A stretch of 64,000 nt of DNA from Penicillus capitatus. Lineage: Eukaryota > Plantae > Chlorophyta. The notes below the pieces were generated by a model. That model searched no databases. It saw nothing but the letters and a program-made list of their open reading frames with translations, and was not told the origin of the DNA. The stretch covers positions 56,644 to 120,643 of the forward strand of contig OZ287713.1 in NCBI GenBank assembly GCA_965649825.1, written 5' to 3'. Made by a program: the position numbers and the translations under genes. Shown here in pieces: positions 48,188 through 61,000 of this stretch; position 1 is the first letter of the stretch; each line of letters begins with the position of its first letter.

Positions 48188-49380
48188 ACCCGTGTTGTCC
48201 GTCCAGAAAGAGTCAACGGCGCAACCATTCTAACATGATGATGCACTGCATCTCCAGTTGTTCTTTGACACTCGTTAACGGAATCTTGTCTTTTCCGATA
48301 CGCGAACTGTTCTTTCATCGTCATCTCGCACATTTCGGTCATTGACACTGGTCCAATCGACATCTCAATGGTCTCCTGGAATAGAGATCTATTCATCCCT
48401 GGGTGACTATCGAATTGGTAATAAAATGTAGAAGAAGAATGCGGCTTACCCTATTCGGTCAAATCCTTTACGTTTTCCTAATCTTTGTTCACAGAGCCGC
48501 ATGAAGCATATTGTTGTAAGCGTCAAAAAACGAAAGCCCATTCTCATTGTTTCGTGAGTGTCGCATTTCTCTTTTCCACGACGCCAAGTCCCACGACAAC
48601 CGTTTCGACAAAGCTAGATATCGATTTTGTTTTTCCGCAAACATTTTGTTGTCTTTTTTCAATCTCGTCGCTAGAGGACCGGACAGACAAGGATGCGAAT
48701 ATCGCTGGATGTTAACGCCCGAGTTAACTCGAACAAGCTAACACGCTTGTATCGACAAGGGCTCTTTGGGTCGGTTTATAGTAAAGTCAGCGAAAGAAAG
48801 ATGTTTAGAGGTCTACGCATTGTACGTCCGTAGAGTGGGCGCCTCGCGTTTTCTGTCTATCGTGTTAATGAAGACAACGTTTCCAGTATCGAGGTCTTGT
48901 TCGAGCAGTTGACCAAAGAACTCGATTCTCGCGGAAAGAGTCTGACAAAGGGTCTCTAAGCAAAACTCTCTGGCTCACGGCGTCGGGTGACGACCCCCTT
49001 AGTGCGTCGTCAAGTTCGACGTCGACGGGGAGGCACGGACCCTGGAGCTTCTCGACGATGCCCAGCGTCTGACGAAGGGCGATTCGGATGTGGAAACGGA
49101 ACGTCGAGCTCCGGGCGTGCGAAGAGAACTTCATCAAGATTCTCACGAACGGCGAACGGCGCAAACGGTAGTGATCGTCGGCGCGAACAAGACGATGCGT
49201 TACACGTACGTGTCTGTATGTCTCCAGGCGTTCATGCTTGGGAAGCTAAAAATACGTTGAGATATGTCGACGACATTGAGGCTGACGCCAATACTCGCGG
49301 CGGCACGACCAAAAGCGAAACTCTAGTGTCTTCTCGCGAAATCGCCAGCAGGCAATCGGCGTAGAGCTCTTCCTTCCTCA

Positions 49381-50045
49381 TTACGAGCGCTGTTTGTGTT
49401 TTCTTCGTATTTCCTCTTGATGCTCTGTGTGCGCCGTCTTCGTCAGAAACTCTTGCTTCTCCAAGTACTGTTCAGTGCTCTTATGGTGTGCGCTAAGCTC
49501 CTCCTCGTCCGTTGCGTGCGTGGCTTTGAATGCGCGCCAGTCTTGTTTACTGGAGTCCAATACCGTCGGCTACAGAGCAGAGGCAGATCTCAACCGTGTG
49601 ACAGCGGAAGGGGGAGAGATCATTGCCTTCTTTTTCTTCTGAAGCGTCTCTAGCAAAGCATCGACGCCACCAAGCGATCGCTTCTGCGCTTTCTTCTCAT
49701 CCTGTCGCAGCCAGAAGAGTGAGACACACAGTTGGACACCACCTTCCTTGAACTACGCGCCTGCTCGGTAGCAGCCTCTTCGGTGAGCGAGACCGGCTTC
49801 GGCGCGGCAACCGTCTCCACGTGCACGATGCCCGGAATCTCGGCGTCCAACGTCGAAGCGGTGTTTTTCGTCCCACCGGCATCAGTCGACGTCGCCCTTC
49901 GCTTCGGACGTCGCGGTGTGTCGTAGCTCACATTCCAGTTGACGTTCTGCGGCGGAGGCTTTCTCTGCTTCAGTCGTTGTTCAGATCGACGCTTCAGGCT
50001 CTGCCACAGGGCGTCGATCTTTGCAGACTTTTCAGCATCGGCCAT
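49381..50045 (-). CDS. CFDP1: BCNT/CFDP1 (SWR1 complex Swc5-like) protein
   Basis: Spliced C-terminus GGVDALLETLQKKKK|PTVLDSSKQDWRAFK...EEELSAHHKSTEQYLEKQEFL is a BCNT-C domain. Confidence 0.82.
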
Positions 50046-50358
50046 TGCTACAGACCTCTTGCTCGTTTCTCTAATGCCATAAATTGGTCTTCATTAACTG
50101 CACCTTGCACCAAACGTTTGTCTAACCTTTTGGCCACGTCCGACTCGGACTCCACGCTTTTCCTCGGCAACGCCACAATTTCTTCGTTCGCATCGGTGGA
50201 CGAGAGTTTGGCTACGGGAAATGAAGCCATAGGTGACGACGCTACCGAACAACGCGTCGTCGCTGCTTAGGTCATCATGCAAACATTAAGTCGCTAATGT
50301 TTTATCGTTGTATCATTGACTGCTCTTTCCTTGCCGACTATTGCTCGCTGCCGTCAAA

Positions 50359-52484
50359 ATGGAAGTTCATTACCAATACGCGAAGCTGCGCAAGGAGTTT
50401 GGTCGGCATCCGCGATTTGTCGACGAGGTCATCCAGCCGCGATCGATCGCTCGAGGGCTGACGTGACGTCTAAGGGGGCGGTGCTGCTGGCCGATTTTCG
50501 TCCTAATGAAGACGATTTCCAAGATCACATTGACCGAAATCCAATGACAACGATCACCAACTGCATCCCAGATATCTCTGAACACGATGTCTGAAGATTC
50601 TCGTCGTGGCAGAGACGGACTCTTCGATCTCTTCGCCCTTAGGCCAACACGGCTGCCGTTGTGTTTGCGAACAAGGGAATCCATCACGTAGAGGGCGGCT
50701 GGCCAAAAGATGTCGATTACACTGAGGCGGAGCACGTGATACGGTAAAGCGACGGTCCCTCTTCCAAAAGAGGTGTTAACTACCGATCTGCAGATACCAC
50801 AAGAAAACGGAGAAAGACGAGGAGTATATCCAGACCGTCTGTCAGTTGGCCCAGGTGGTCGAGACAGTCATCAAACAGAACAATGCGATCGACATCTACG
50901 AAGATCTCTTCCACGTCTCCCTCCGTGACCAGGGGGATGCGTGTTCGAAAGGTGTGGACGACAGGATGCGAAGGAAGACTACGTTTCGGGCGAGCCGGCT
51001 GCCAGAACGCTGACGACACTGAGAGATCCGTCGCCGATACCTCGAGGCGTCACCTACCTGAATTTTCATCCAGACGGATCGAGGAGATTGGCCGTGGCCT
51101 ACTCAGTGGTCGACTTCCAGAGGACGCCTCCCGGAATGCCGATCCAGAGCTACGTCTGGGACATGAGCAACCCGAACGCACCGGAGATGGCGTTACAGCC
51201 CAGCAGTCAACTGCTCTGTCTGAAATTCAATCTCAAAGACAGCAGTCTGCTGGGTGGCGGTATGTACAACGGCCAGTTTGGCTTCTTCGATATCCGCAGA
51301 GGAGCGTCGCTTGTCGAAGTGCGCCCGTTCTCTTCGTCGGCAGCCGGGTCTCTCATCGTAGTGGCGTCCAGGTGACGCCGATCGAAGCCTGCCATCGGGA
51401 TCCGATCTACGATTTCGCCTGGCTGCAGTGCAAGACAGGGACAGAGGCGCTGACGGTATCGACAGACGGCAATGCTTACTGGTAGAAACGGGCACACTTT
51501 TTACGCACACCACGATCTTTCGGGTCTCTTTCACCACGAAGGTGGGATATTCGAAAGCTCCAAGAGCCACTGGAGCAACTATCGCTCAAAGAGAAGAACG
51601 GAGAGACGCTGCTCGGTGGCGTCTGCCTTGAATACGATCCTGCTGCTGGTCTCACCAAGTTCATGATCGGAACGGAACAAGGTCGGTCGGTGTGTACGGC
51701 GATGGACTGTTGGCTTCTGAATGCGCTCGGTCTCTTCAGGGTTGGTTCTGAACTGCAATCGCAAGGCAAAGAACCCAAACGATCGCGTGGGTTCGGTGTT
51801 CCACGGTCATCACGCGCCGATCTACGGACTCCGGCGTAATCCTTTCTTCCCAAAGTACTTTCTGTCGATGGGCGACTGGTCGGCGCGCCTCTGGAACGAA
51901 GATCTGAAGACGCCGTTGATCCACACCGCCTATACGCAGACCGATATTCGAGGAGGCGCATGGAGTCCGACAAGACCAGCTGTCTTCTATCTCATCCGTG
52001 CAGACGGCTCGCTCGACATTTGGGATCTCTGCTACAAGTCCACAGCCCCGACTCTCAGTGTCCGACGACTCGGTCGCGCATCTTCGAGGGGACGATTCTG
52101 TCATGCAGGTTCACGTCAAGAGTACGGGTCTGTCATCTTTTGCCATGCACGAGAGTGGAGCACTTTGCGCCGCGGGATCAGCAGACGGAGATGCGACGAT
52201 TCTGGAACTCAGTTCGAACTTTGTCGCAGCCTCTTCGACCGAAAAGCAGGTAGGCGTTCATCGGACGTCTCTCTTCGTGCACGAGAGATTCTTTCGCGTA
52301 GGCATTGGCGGCGCTGTTTGAACGGGAGACGCTTCGGGAGAAGAATCTCGACAAGGCGAACCGCGAAATGAAGATCCGTGCGCGGAAGGAGGCAAACAAA
52401 AAGGACGAGTCGACTGAAGCGGCTGATCCAACGGAACTCGAGCGACTTGAAGAGCAATTCCAGGGATTCGAAGGCAATACTTAG
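50359..52484 (+). CDS. DNAI2: Axonemal outer-arm dynein intermediate chain 2 (IC2/ODA6-like)
   Basis: MEVHYQYAKLRKEFGRHP, HVEGGWPKDVDYTEAEH, IKQNNAIDIYE, GGMYNGQ, HRDPIYD and YFLSMGDWSARLW; WD40 repeats. Confidence 0.95.
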
Positions 52485-53419
52485 CGCCATCTGCCGAACA
52501 GTTGCCGTAGGCGGCCGGTGTCGGACGACAACACTTTCGCAAACGGACACGTCTAATCAGATTACGTAATCGTACTTCTGCTTAAGTATATAAGCACGCA
52601 AGCGCGATCGCATCAAGACGAGTAAGGACGGACTTTACGAAAGCAGGCTCGATTTGCTAGTGTTTCGGCGAGATATGGACCTAGCGCGTTTAGGTGCTCC
52701 TCTTGTCGCGTTTCATTGTGTTTGCCGTCTCTCTTGTCTCCTTCCTTACTTGCAATCCTAACTGGCAGATTGTTTTTTTGTGGGCGTATGCAAACGTCGC
52801 GTCGGACGATGGGACTAAATTGTAAACGTCGACCTGTCGGCCGAGTCCGGGCCGGATGGCGAACCGCGCAGGGAAACTCGTCGGCAATGTGTTGATACGT
52901 GCACTTGGTAATATGCGAACGATAGCGCTTTTTCGCAAATATTAAAACAATAGTGGAAACTTTGTAACAATTGGGAAACTGTTTGTTCAGACCCCCATTT
53001 TATATTCGAGCATGACGTCATAATCTCGTCATGCTTTACGTCATCATTATCCTTCGGCTTGGCTACTCCTCTCCTGTCCTTCAGCATCATGACAGTGTAT
53101 TTACATAGCTAGACGAAACAACAAAGCAGTTCCCGCTTTAAATACCCCGGACCATGGAACGTCACGTCATCACGTAAACCTCTCGTCTTCATCACGTCAA
53201 GGGCTCTCACACTGAATGGTCTGCTGTCGTGGCACCACGGAGACGGTTGACGCGACAGCAGCGACCATTCAAATACGCGCTGACTGGACGCAAGGTTCGA
53301 GCGATCCTTAACAACCGCTTTATCAAGATCGAGATTACGTAAATATTAGAGAAAAAAGAGTAGTGAGACCAGAGGCGGAGTTTGGCACTCTTCATATACA
53401 TGACCTCAACTGTCACGTC

Positions 53420-53960
53420 AGACGCGTAGATTTGATGCATCTGATGCAATGTAAGCGTCGAGGTAGGATGCTACAACACTGATGATTACCGACGAGGCAG
53501 AGATCCATACAAGGGCGCGTTTAAGTCGCGTACTCATGATGTGTGACCCAGAAGGGGACAGCCGTCCAAATGGTACGACAGCGAAGCTAACAGCTGTCCC
53601 CTGACAGTAAGTATTAAGTAACCGCGCGATTGGTGCGTTTCGTTTTCGCGGTGGCGAGCTCCGCGTCTTGGACGGCCCACTGACATGGGCACACAGTTTT
53701 CTATGAAGAAAACTTGTCGACACATCTGGAATACAACATGTGTAGTCACCATCTCTGCGCAATGCTAACTATCAGTCTGTCTCTTTTGATTGTGGCCATC
53801 GCCTGTGGATCTCAAGTATCGAAGGAAACGCTTTCGGGGATCTGTCGATGAATATAGAAACGCCTTTACACCCCGTCTGAAACAGAGTAGTGCAAGGCTC
53901 AAAATCGACGCTTCGTACCGCATGGTGACGCGACTTTCTAAGCAGTAAAGTCAGCATGCC
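53420..53960 (-). pseudogene. Degenerate paralogue of the BTB/KCTD gene at 38005
   Basis: FIDRSPKAFPSILEIHR|DGDYTCCIPDVSTSFLHRKL versus FIDRSPTAFPWILEIYR|DGDHARCVPDMSPGFLRREL. The same 48-nt intron is present, but the BTB N-terminal half is not intact and the 3' part is divergent. Confidence 0.7.
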
Positions 53961-54441
53961 CCTGGAGATAGAGAAAAGAGGTCACTTTACTGTCCGCAAA
54001 CCGTTTTCCCGAGGCGGGCTCTCGATTACTAAAAGAGGTCGACAGAAAGTCACATTAAATGTTTATACAAGAATGTGCGATCATTTGTTTATTTCAGAAT
54101 GCACTTTTGCACTTTGAGAAATTGATGAATGCCTAACTATGGACTTCGGCGCTATGAAGAACTAATTCTCACGAAAAAGAAAAAAGTGACGATCTCGGAT
54201 CGGCGAAACGCACATTAGTTTCATGGATGGACTTTTCTGCCAGATTTCCGACTTCGCATTGCCGACTACGATGAGCGCGATAGTGCGAGTTCAGACAACC
54301 GTGCTTTTTGTAAAGGATGGAGGTTTTCGTGTTGACAAACCCGGTAGGCGTCAGTCACATCAAGCAAGATATGACCATCCGCAGTTCGACCTGCATTTAC
54401 GCCTCTCGCGTGTACGGCATCCCACTGCACGCTTCTAAGCG

Positions 54442-54947
54442 ATGGGGAACAAGAAAAACAAACAGCGCCGTCGAAGGGAGTTCGAATCTCGTCACGTGGA
54501 TCAGCTTTGGCGAGATGTTCGCAAACCTCCGACGGACGTCGTTTCCGGCACCACCGGACCGATCGGCACGACCGACAAGTACCGACGCAACGCACGCGCT
54601 CGTTCCTCACGTTCTCGTGTCCAGAGCCAAACTGGACGAAGACATCCCGGGCAGCGGCAAACACTACTGCATCCCCTGCGGGTTCTCCTCCAGTCCACTC
54701 AATGCTTATTTATCACTGACCTCTCGACGCTGTTCTTGACAGACGTTATTTCACCGACGGGGAGAGCCTTTCGCGTCACGAGACATCCAAGCTTCACAAG
54801 AAACGCGTCAAGCTTCTGAGACATGGCATCCCTCCGCACGACAGCGCCGCCGCCGGCGAGGCTGCCGGGAAGGGACCTGTCGACAATGGCCCACGACTTC
54901 GTCCGCATCGCACCGTCACACCGTCCACGCATTTAACAGCCACCTAA
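54442..54947 (+). CDS. ZNF593: Zinc finger protein 593 / Bud20 (60S export factor)
   Basis: RHVDQLWRD, LDEDIPGSGKHYCIPCGRYF....L..H.TSKLHKKRVK; 2 introns. Confidence 0.92.
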
Positions 54948-55016
54948 CTTCGCAAACACATCACCGTTTCCTTCGTCGACCAGGCGAGTCGTCACACGAA
55001 CAGTCGCCATCCTCAA

Positions 55017-58000
55017 ATGTCCGTCGTACGGTGGTGACATGCAACCCTCGACGTCATCCAGTGCGCTCTTTCGTTCGAGCAGCGATCGAAAAGGTGTTCC
55101 CCGTCGCATCACGCGTCTGGCGCAATGCGTCGAAGCATTCGCCAGCGAACGAGGCGGCGGCGACGCCATCAACAGGTCACACTGTCCGCGACGACTCCAT
55201 CCGCGACAAGCTCTTTTGCTGCAGCATCCTGGTCGCCAACAACGGCCTGGCAGCGGTGAAGTTTATCCGGAGTGTGCGAATGTGGGCCGTTCGTGCGTTC
55301 GGCGACGATCGAGCCGTCACGCTGGTGGCCATGGCAACGCCTGAAGATATCCGAATCAACGCCGAGCACGTTCAGCTGGCGGATCAGTTCGTCGAAGTGC
55401 CGGGCGGAACGAACAATAACAACTATGCCAATGTCCGCCTCATTCTGCAAACGGCAGAGCGAGCAGAGGTCGACGCCGTATGGCCAGGATGGTGATTATC
55501 ACTCCTCGCATCTCTGGGCTTCCCACGAGGGCGGGGCTGTCGTGCAGGGGACACGCATCCGAGAATCCGGATCTCCCGAGGGCTCTGAGCGAAACGCAGC
55601 GTGGAATTCGATTCCTGGGACCGCCGTCCGGGGCGATGGCGGCACTTGGAGACAAGGTTGAGCTCCCCCACCTCATGTCGTGCTCACCAGGTGCCTCGGT
55701 CTCAGGTCGGTTCGACGATTCTGGCTCAGGCGGCCGGCGTGCCCACGTACCCCTGGAGCGGAACCGGAGTGCAGATCTCCTACGAGGAATGCGACGGCGT
55801 CATTCCGAAGGAGATCTACGAGCGCGCCTGCCTCCAGGCAGAGAATGCCGTGCATCGTTGTCGGGCCATCGGCTACCCCGTCATGCTCAAGGCCTCGTGG
55901 GGAGGCGGAGGAAAAGGGATACGGACGGTGAGATCGGACGCCGAAGTGGAAACGCTTCTGCGACAGGTCCGAGCGAAGATGCATCTCTCCTGAATGCGAC
56001 TGGCGCTACTGCGTGCTAGGTCGAAGGAGAGGTGCCCGGCTCGCCCATCTTCGCCATGAAGCTGGCATCCAGATGTCGACATCTGGAGGTTCAGCTGCTC
56101 TGCGACCGCCACGGAAGTGTCTGCTCTCTCTTCTCCCGGGATTGCAGTCTCCAGCGCCGTCATCAGAAGATCGTCGAGGAGGGACCTGTCCTCGGTGTCG
56201 CATCGGCCATCCTGGACCAGATGGAAAGGTGCATCTTCACGCTGCGAAGTGGCCCTGCGGAATAACAGCGCGTCTGGCTGCAGATCTGCCCGTGCCCTGG
56301 CGAGGTCGGTGGGGTACGTCGGCGCAGCAACGGTCGAATACCTGTACAGCGTGGAGGAGGGGCGCTACTACTTCCTGGAGCTCAATCCGCGGCTCCAGGT
56401 AGAGCACCCGGTCACCGAGGGCATCACGGGAGTGAATCTGCCTGCGTGTCAAGTGATGGTCGGTATGGGCATCCCGCTGCATCGCATTCCCGACATTCGC
56501 GTCCTCTACCACGAAGACCCTCAAGGAGACAGTCCCATCGACTTCGAGGCCCACGAGAGGCGGAGTCCGGATGGGTACGTCGTGGCCGTGCGCCTGACCT
56601 CGGAGAACGCCAACGATGGATTCAAACCGACGTCCGGCGACGTCGACGAAGTGCACTTTCGACCGACGTCGGACGTCTGGGGGTACTTCTCGGTGAAGTC
56701 CGGAGGGGGAATTCACGAGTTCTCGGACTCGCAGTTCGGCCACCTCTTTGCAAAGGGCCCGACGCGGCAGGAGGCCATCCGATCGATGCTCATGGCGTTA
56801 AAGGAGGTGAAGATTCGGGGTGAGATACGCACGACGGTCGACTACATCATCGACATGATCCAGGAGCCGGACTTCCTCGAGCAGCGCATCCACACGGCAT
56901 GGCTGGACAACCGCATCGCCCGACAGGTGACGGAGATGCAGAGAGTGCCCCTCTGAGTTCGTCTCCTGTCTTCAGATCACGTCCAAACGTCCCCCCTGGC
57001 ACCTGGCGCTGGTCTCCGGGGCCGTCGTCAGAGGAATGGAAGCCTTCGCCGAGAGGTCGGCCGAATACCTGGAGATGTTGAAGAGGGGCCAGATACCACC
57101 GTCGTCGCTCAGTCTCACGCGGCTGGAGGAGGAACTGGTGCTGGACGCGACGAAGTACAGCGTGGCGTTGCTCAAACAGGGTCCCCATCGTTATCGGGTG
57201 CTGCTGAACGGCTCGTCTCTGGACTGCGTGGCGAGGAGGCAGGCCGACAGCGGCGTCTTGCTGCAGGTTGACGGACAGAAGCACGCCGTCTACGCGGAGA
57301 ACGAGGCGATGGGCGTTCGGCTGTCCATCGATTCGTGGACGTGTCTCCTGGCGAACGAGTCCGATCCTTCGCAGGTCTTGGCGCCCTCCGCTGGAAAGAT
57401 CCGTCGCTACCTGGTCGAGGACGGAACGCGTCTGGAGCCGGGCGATCCCTACGCCGAGCTCGAGGTGATGAAGATGCTGATGCCGCTGCTGGCGCCTGCG
57501 GCCGGAACTGTGCGCTTTCAGCTGCTAGAAGGCGCCGTCCTGAACTGCGGAGAGCTCATCGCCAGGTCCGTCCATCCAGCGGCAGGGACGAGAGGAGACT
57601 GCTGTTGCGCCTAGGTTGGAGCTGGACGATCCCAACGCCGTCTCGAGAGTCGCGGTCAGCGAAGAGAAGTTTCCGGAAGAGCTCGGTCCTCCGCAGGTTA
57701 TCAGCGAACGCGTCGATGATCGATTTGCCCTGGCCCACGAGGCCGCTGCCGATCTCCTGGCCGGATACGAGCGCGACGTGCCTGCCACGGTCGCGGAGCT
57801 TCTGAGCTGTCTGGACACCGAAGACCTGGCCTTCCTCTCATGGTCGAGGAGATTCTCCGTGGCGCAGTCTCGGATGCCGGATCGCCTGAGGCGGACCCTG
57901 GAAACGATCATGCAGCGCCACGACAACTCCACCTTCGACATTGTCCCGGACGTCGCTGGCACGGAGTTCCCGGCCAGCGACCTGCTCCGGTGCATGAAGC

Positions 58001-61000
58001 AGCATATGGATGTCGAACCGTCCGCAGAGCGCCCCGCCCTCGAAGCCACACTCGAGCCACTCTTGTCCCTTGCCCGAGAGCACGAGGGCGGAGACTACAT
58101 CCGACACATCACTCAGAAGCTCCTCGAGCAGTACCTCTTCGTCGAGGAGAAATTCCAGCACCAAAGCTTGGCCACCACAGAACGCGACATCATCTACGGC
58201 CTCCGACAGGTACGGAGATCACCCACCTGTCTCTCGGCAATGGCTCGGCGGTGCTGATCAGGAGCACGGGGACGACCTTCAAGGCGTGCTGGATTTGGTG
58301 ATGTCCCATCAGGCCCTCGAGAGGAGGTCGGAGTTCGTGCTGCATCTGCTGGCTCACGTCGTCCTTCCTTCGCCTGCAAGCTACCGTCCCCATCTGCGCC
58401 GCCTGTCGGCCCTCCACTCCTCCAACGCCGCCCAGATCCTGAAGAAGGCGCAGCTCCTTCTCGAACAGAGTCTGTTGGCCGATCTGAAACAAGCCGTCCG
58501 TCGCTGCCTGTCTGGACTGGATCTCTTCTCTGCCGGCCCGGATCGGAGAGGACCGTCCGTCTCCAGAAAGGACACTCGGACGGAGGGCCTCTACAAGGGG
58601 CTCGGCAGCGGAAGCCCGGCTCCGTCCACAATGGCTCAGGTGGAGATGCAGAAGATGGAGATGCTGGTCGAAGCTCCAGCCGCCGTCGACGACGCTCTTG
58701 CCTCGCTCCTGAGCCTTCCTCGAGTCCGCGTCCCCGAGGAGACACGATCCGCTTCGGATCACGTGGCGACGGCGGGCGTCGAGCACCGTACACTGATGGT
58801 CTACATCCAGCGAACGTATCATCACCGAATCCTCGAGGAGCCCAGAATAGTGCAGCACAGTCATTGCACAGTCGCCTCCTGGGTGTACGGCGATGTCTAC
58901 GAGAAGGAGGTCGAGCACCACGGGGTCATGATTGTGCTCGAGCAACTGAGGCACCTCAAAGAGGGAATGGACTGTGCCAGACAAGCACTGGGCCAGCGCA
59001 ACAGAACGACGACGTCCGGGTGTCTCCACATCGCACTGACAGGAGAATCGGGTGACCGATTCCGTCTCTTCGGCGAGGCGGAAGATCTCTGCCGCGGCGA
59101 CATCGACGAGAGAGATGAGGCGAACGATCCCTTCGACGAAGACGAACGTGTTCGGTCGAGTCTGACAGACGAGGACATCACGCAACTGGCCTCCTCTCTG
59201 CGAGCACTGATCCAGACGATAACGGCCGAATGCAGAGCGATGGACTTCGACACGGTCTGCGTCGTCATCCAGACGGCAAAGCTCCCTGTGCGCAAGGGAT
59301 ACAGATGGGATGTCAGCCGTCAGCGCTACGCATCGCACTTCACTCTCCAGTGAGAATCGGATCTCTCCTGCGACGATCGACGGGTGTGCTTCGCAGGCAG
59401 GTGGAGGGTCCAGTGGCCGAGGCACTGGAGCTCTGCAAGCTGGAGCATCTGCCGTTGCACCACGCTCCCTCCCGGAATCGCCAGTGGCACATCTACACAG
59501 TCGAAGAGAGAGCAGGGCGCGGAACGGTCATCAAGAGGCTCTATCTCCGCGGACGGATTCATCAGATTGGCAACACCCCTGAATTCCTGACGGCCTCCTA
59601 CCGGGGCATAGCGGCGGACCTCGCTGCTGCGGTGGTGGACGAGATCGGGGGGACTCTCTCCCGATGTCTCGAGGAACTGCTGCGCGTGCAGCACGGACAG
59701 GATGACGACGGTGCGACGTCCATCGACTGGTCGCACATCTTCCTGTCGCTCTTGCCTTCCGTGGATATCGGAGGAGATGCGACTGGCAGTGTGGTGGCCG
59801 CTCTGCGCTCTGCATGCGCCCGGCGGACGAACCGACTCGCAGGCGATCTGCGCACCGCCTCCGTGGCCCAGTTCGAGTTGAGAATCTGCGCGGCCGGAGA
59901 AGCCGGTCCGTGGAGAGTTATCGCGTCCCTTCCCACGGGACACGAGGCCGGAGACGAACACGTGGACGTCTACCGCGAAGAACGATCTCCGGAAGGGCTT
60001 CGATACCGAGCCGTCTCGCAGCCGCCCGGCGCGTTGCATGGCCGCCCTGTTCTGCAGCCGTACGGGGCCCTGAGTGCTCTGCAGCAGAAGCGCCTGTTGG
60101 CTCGGAGACACGGCACCACGTACTGCTACGATTTCCCTGCAGTTTTCGCAAACGCTCTGAGAGAGATCTGGACGGAGAGAGCTGTGGCAGGAGAGCCGTG
60201 CTCTACGCCGCCGCCCGGTGCACTCGTGGAAGCAGCGGAGCTCGGATTCGATGGACAGGACTCCCACGCGTCGCCCTACGCTTGGAAGCTGCGGAGGCTG
60301 CCTGAAGGATCTGAGCGTCTCGCTGTCGGCATGGTCGCGTGGACGATGACGGTCAGATCTCCGGAAGCTCCTGATGGACGCTCGCTCGTTGCCATCGCCA
60401 ACGACATCACCCACCATTTCGGTGCATTCGGGCCGAAGGAGGATGCGCTCTTTCGATCCGCCGTGGAGCACGCGCTGGACCATCGCCTTCCGGTCGTCTA
60501 CATCGCTGCCAACTCTGGAGCCCGCGTCGGTCTCGCCACGGATGTCGGGGAAAAGCTGAAAGTACAGTGCGCGCAGGCCGGAACTCGATTCACGTGCGAC
60601 GGCTTTCTGTGCAGGTCGAGTGGACGTCGCCCGAAGACCCTCTCAGAGGACCTGCTTACCTGTACCTGGAGGACGCCGATTACCAGCAGCTGACGAGCGG
60701 CGGCGGCGAGGGGCGCAACGCTCCTGCGGTCGTGGCCGAAAAGAAGAAGGGCCATTGGAGGATCACCGATGTCGTCGGGAGCGAAGACGGCATCGGCGTG
60801 GAATGCCTCTCGGGCAGCGGGGCCATCGCGGGATCCTTTGCGGAGGCATTCCGGAGAGGGATCACCATGACGCTGGTGACGGGTCGGACGGTGGGGATCG
60901 GCGCCTACCTGGCCCGGCTGGGACGACGATGCGTCCAGTCGCAGCAGCCCATCATCCTAACGGGGTACCAGGCGTTGAACAAACTGCTCGGCCGCGAGGT

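Noticed and set aside
48865-49364. ORFs between WDR90 and CFDP1
   Set aside because: Competing frames on both strands with no motif or clear splice support; not called.
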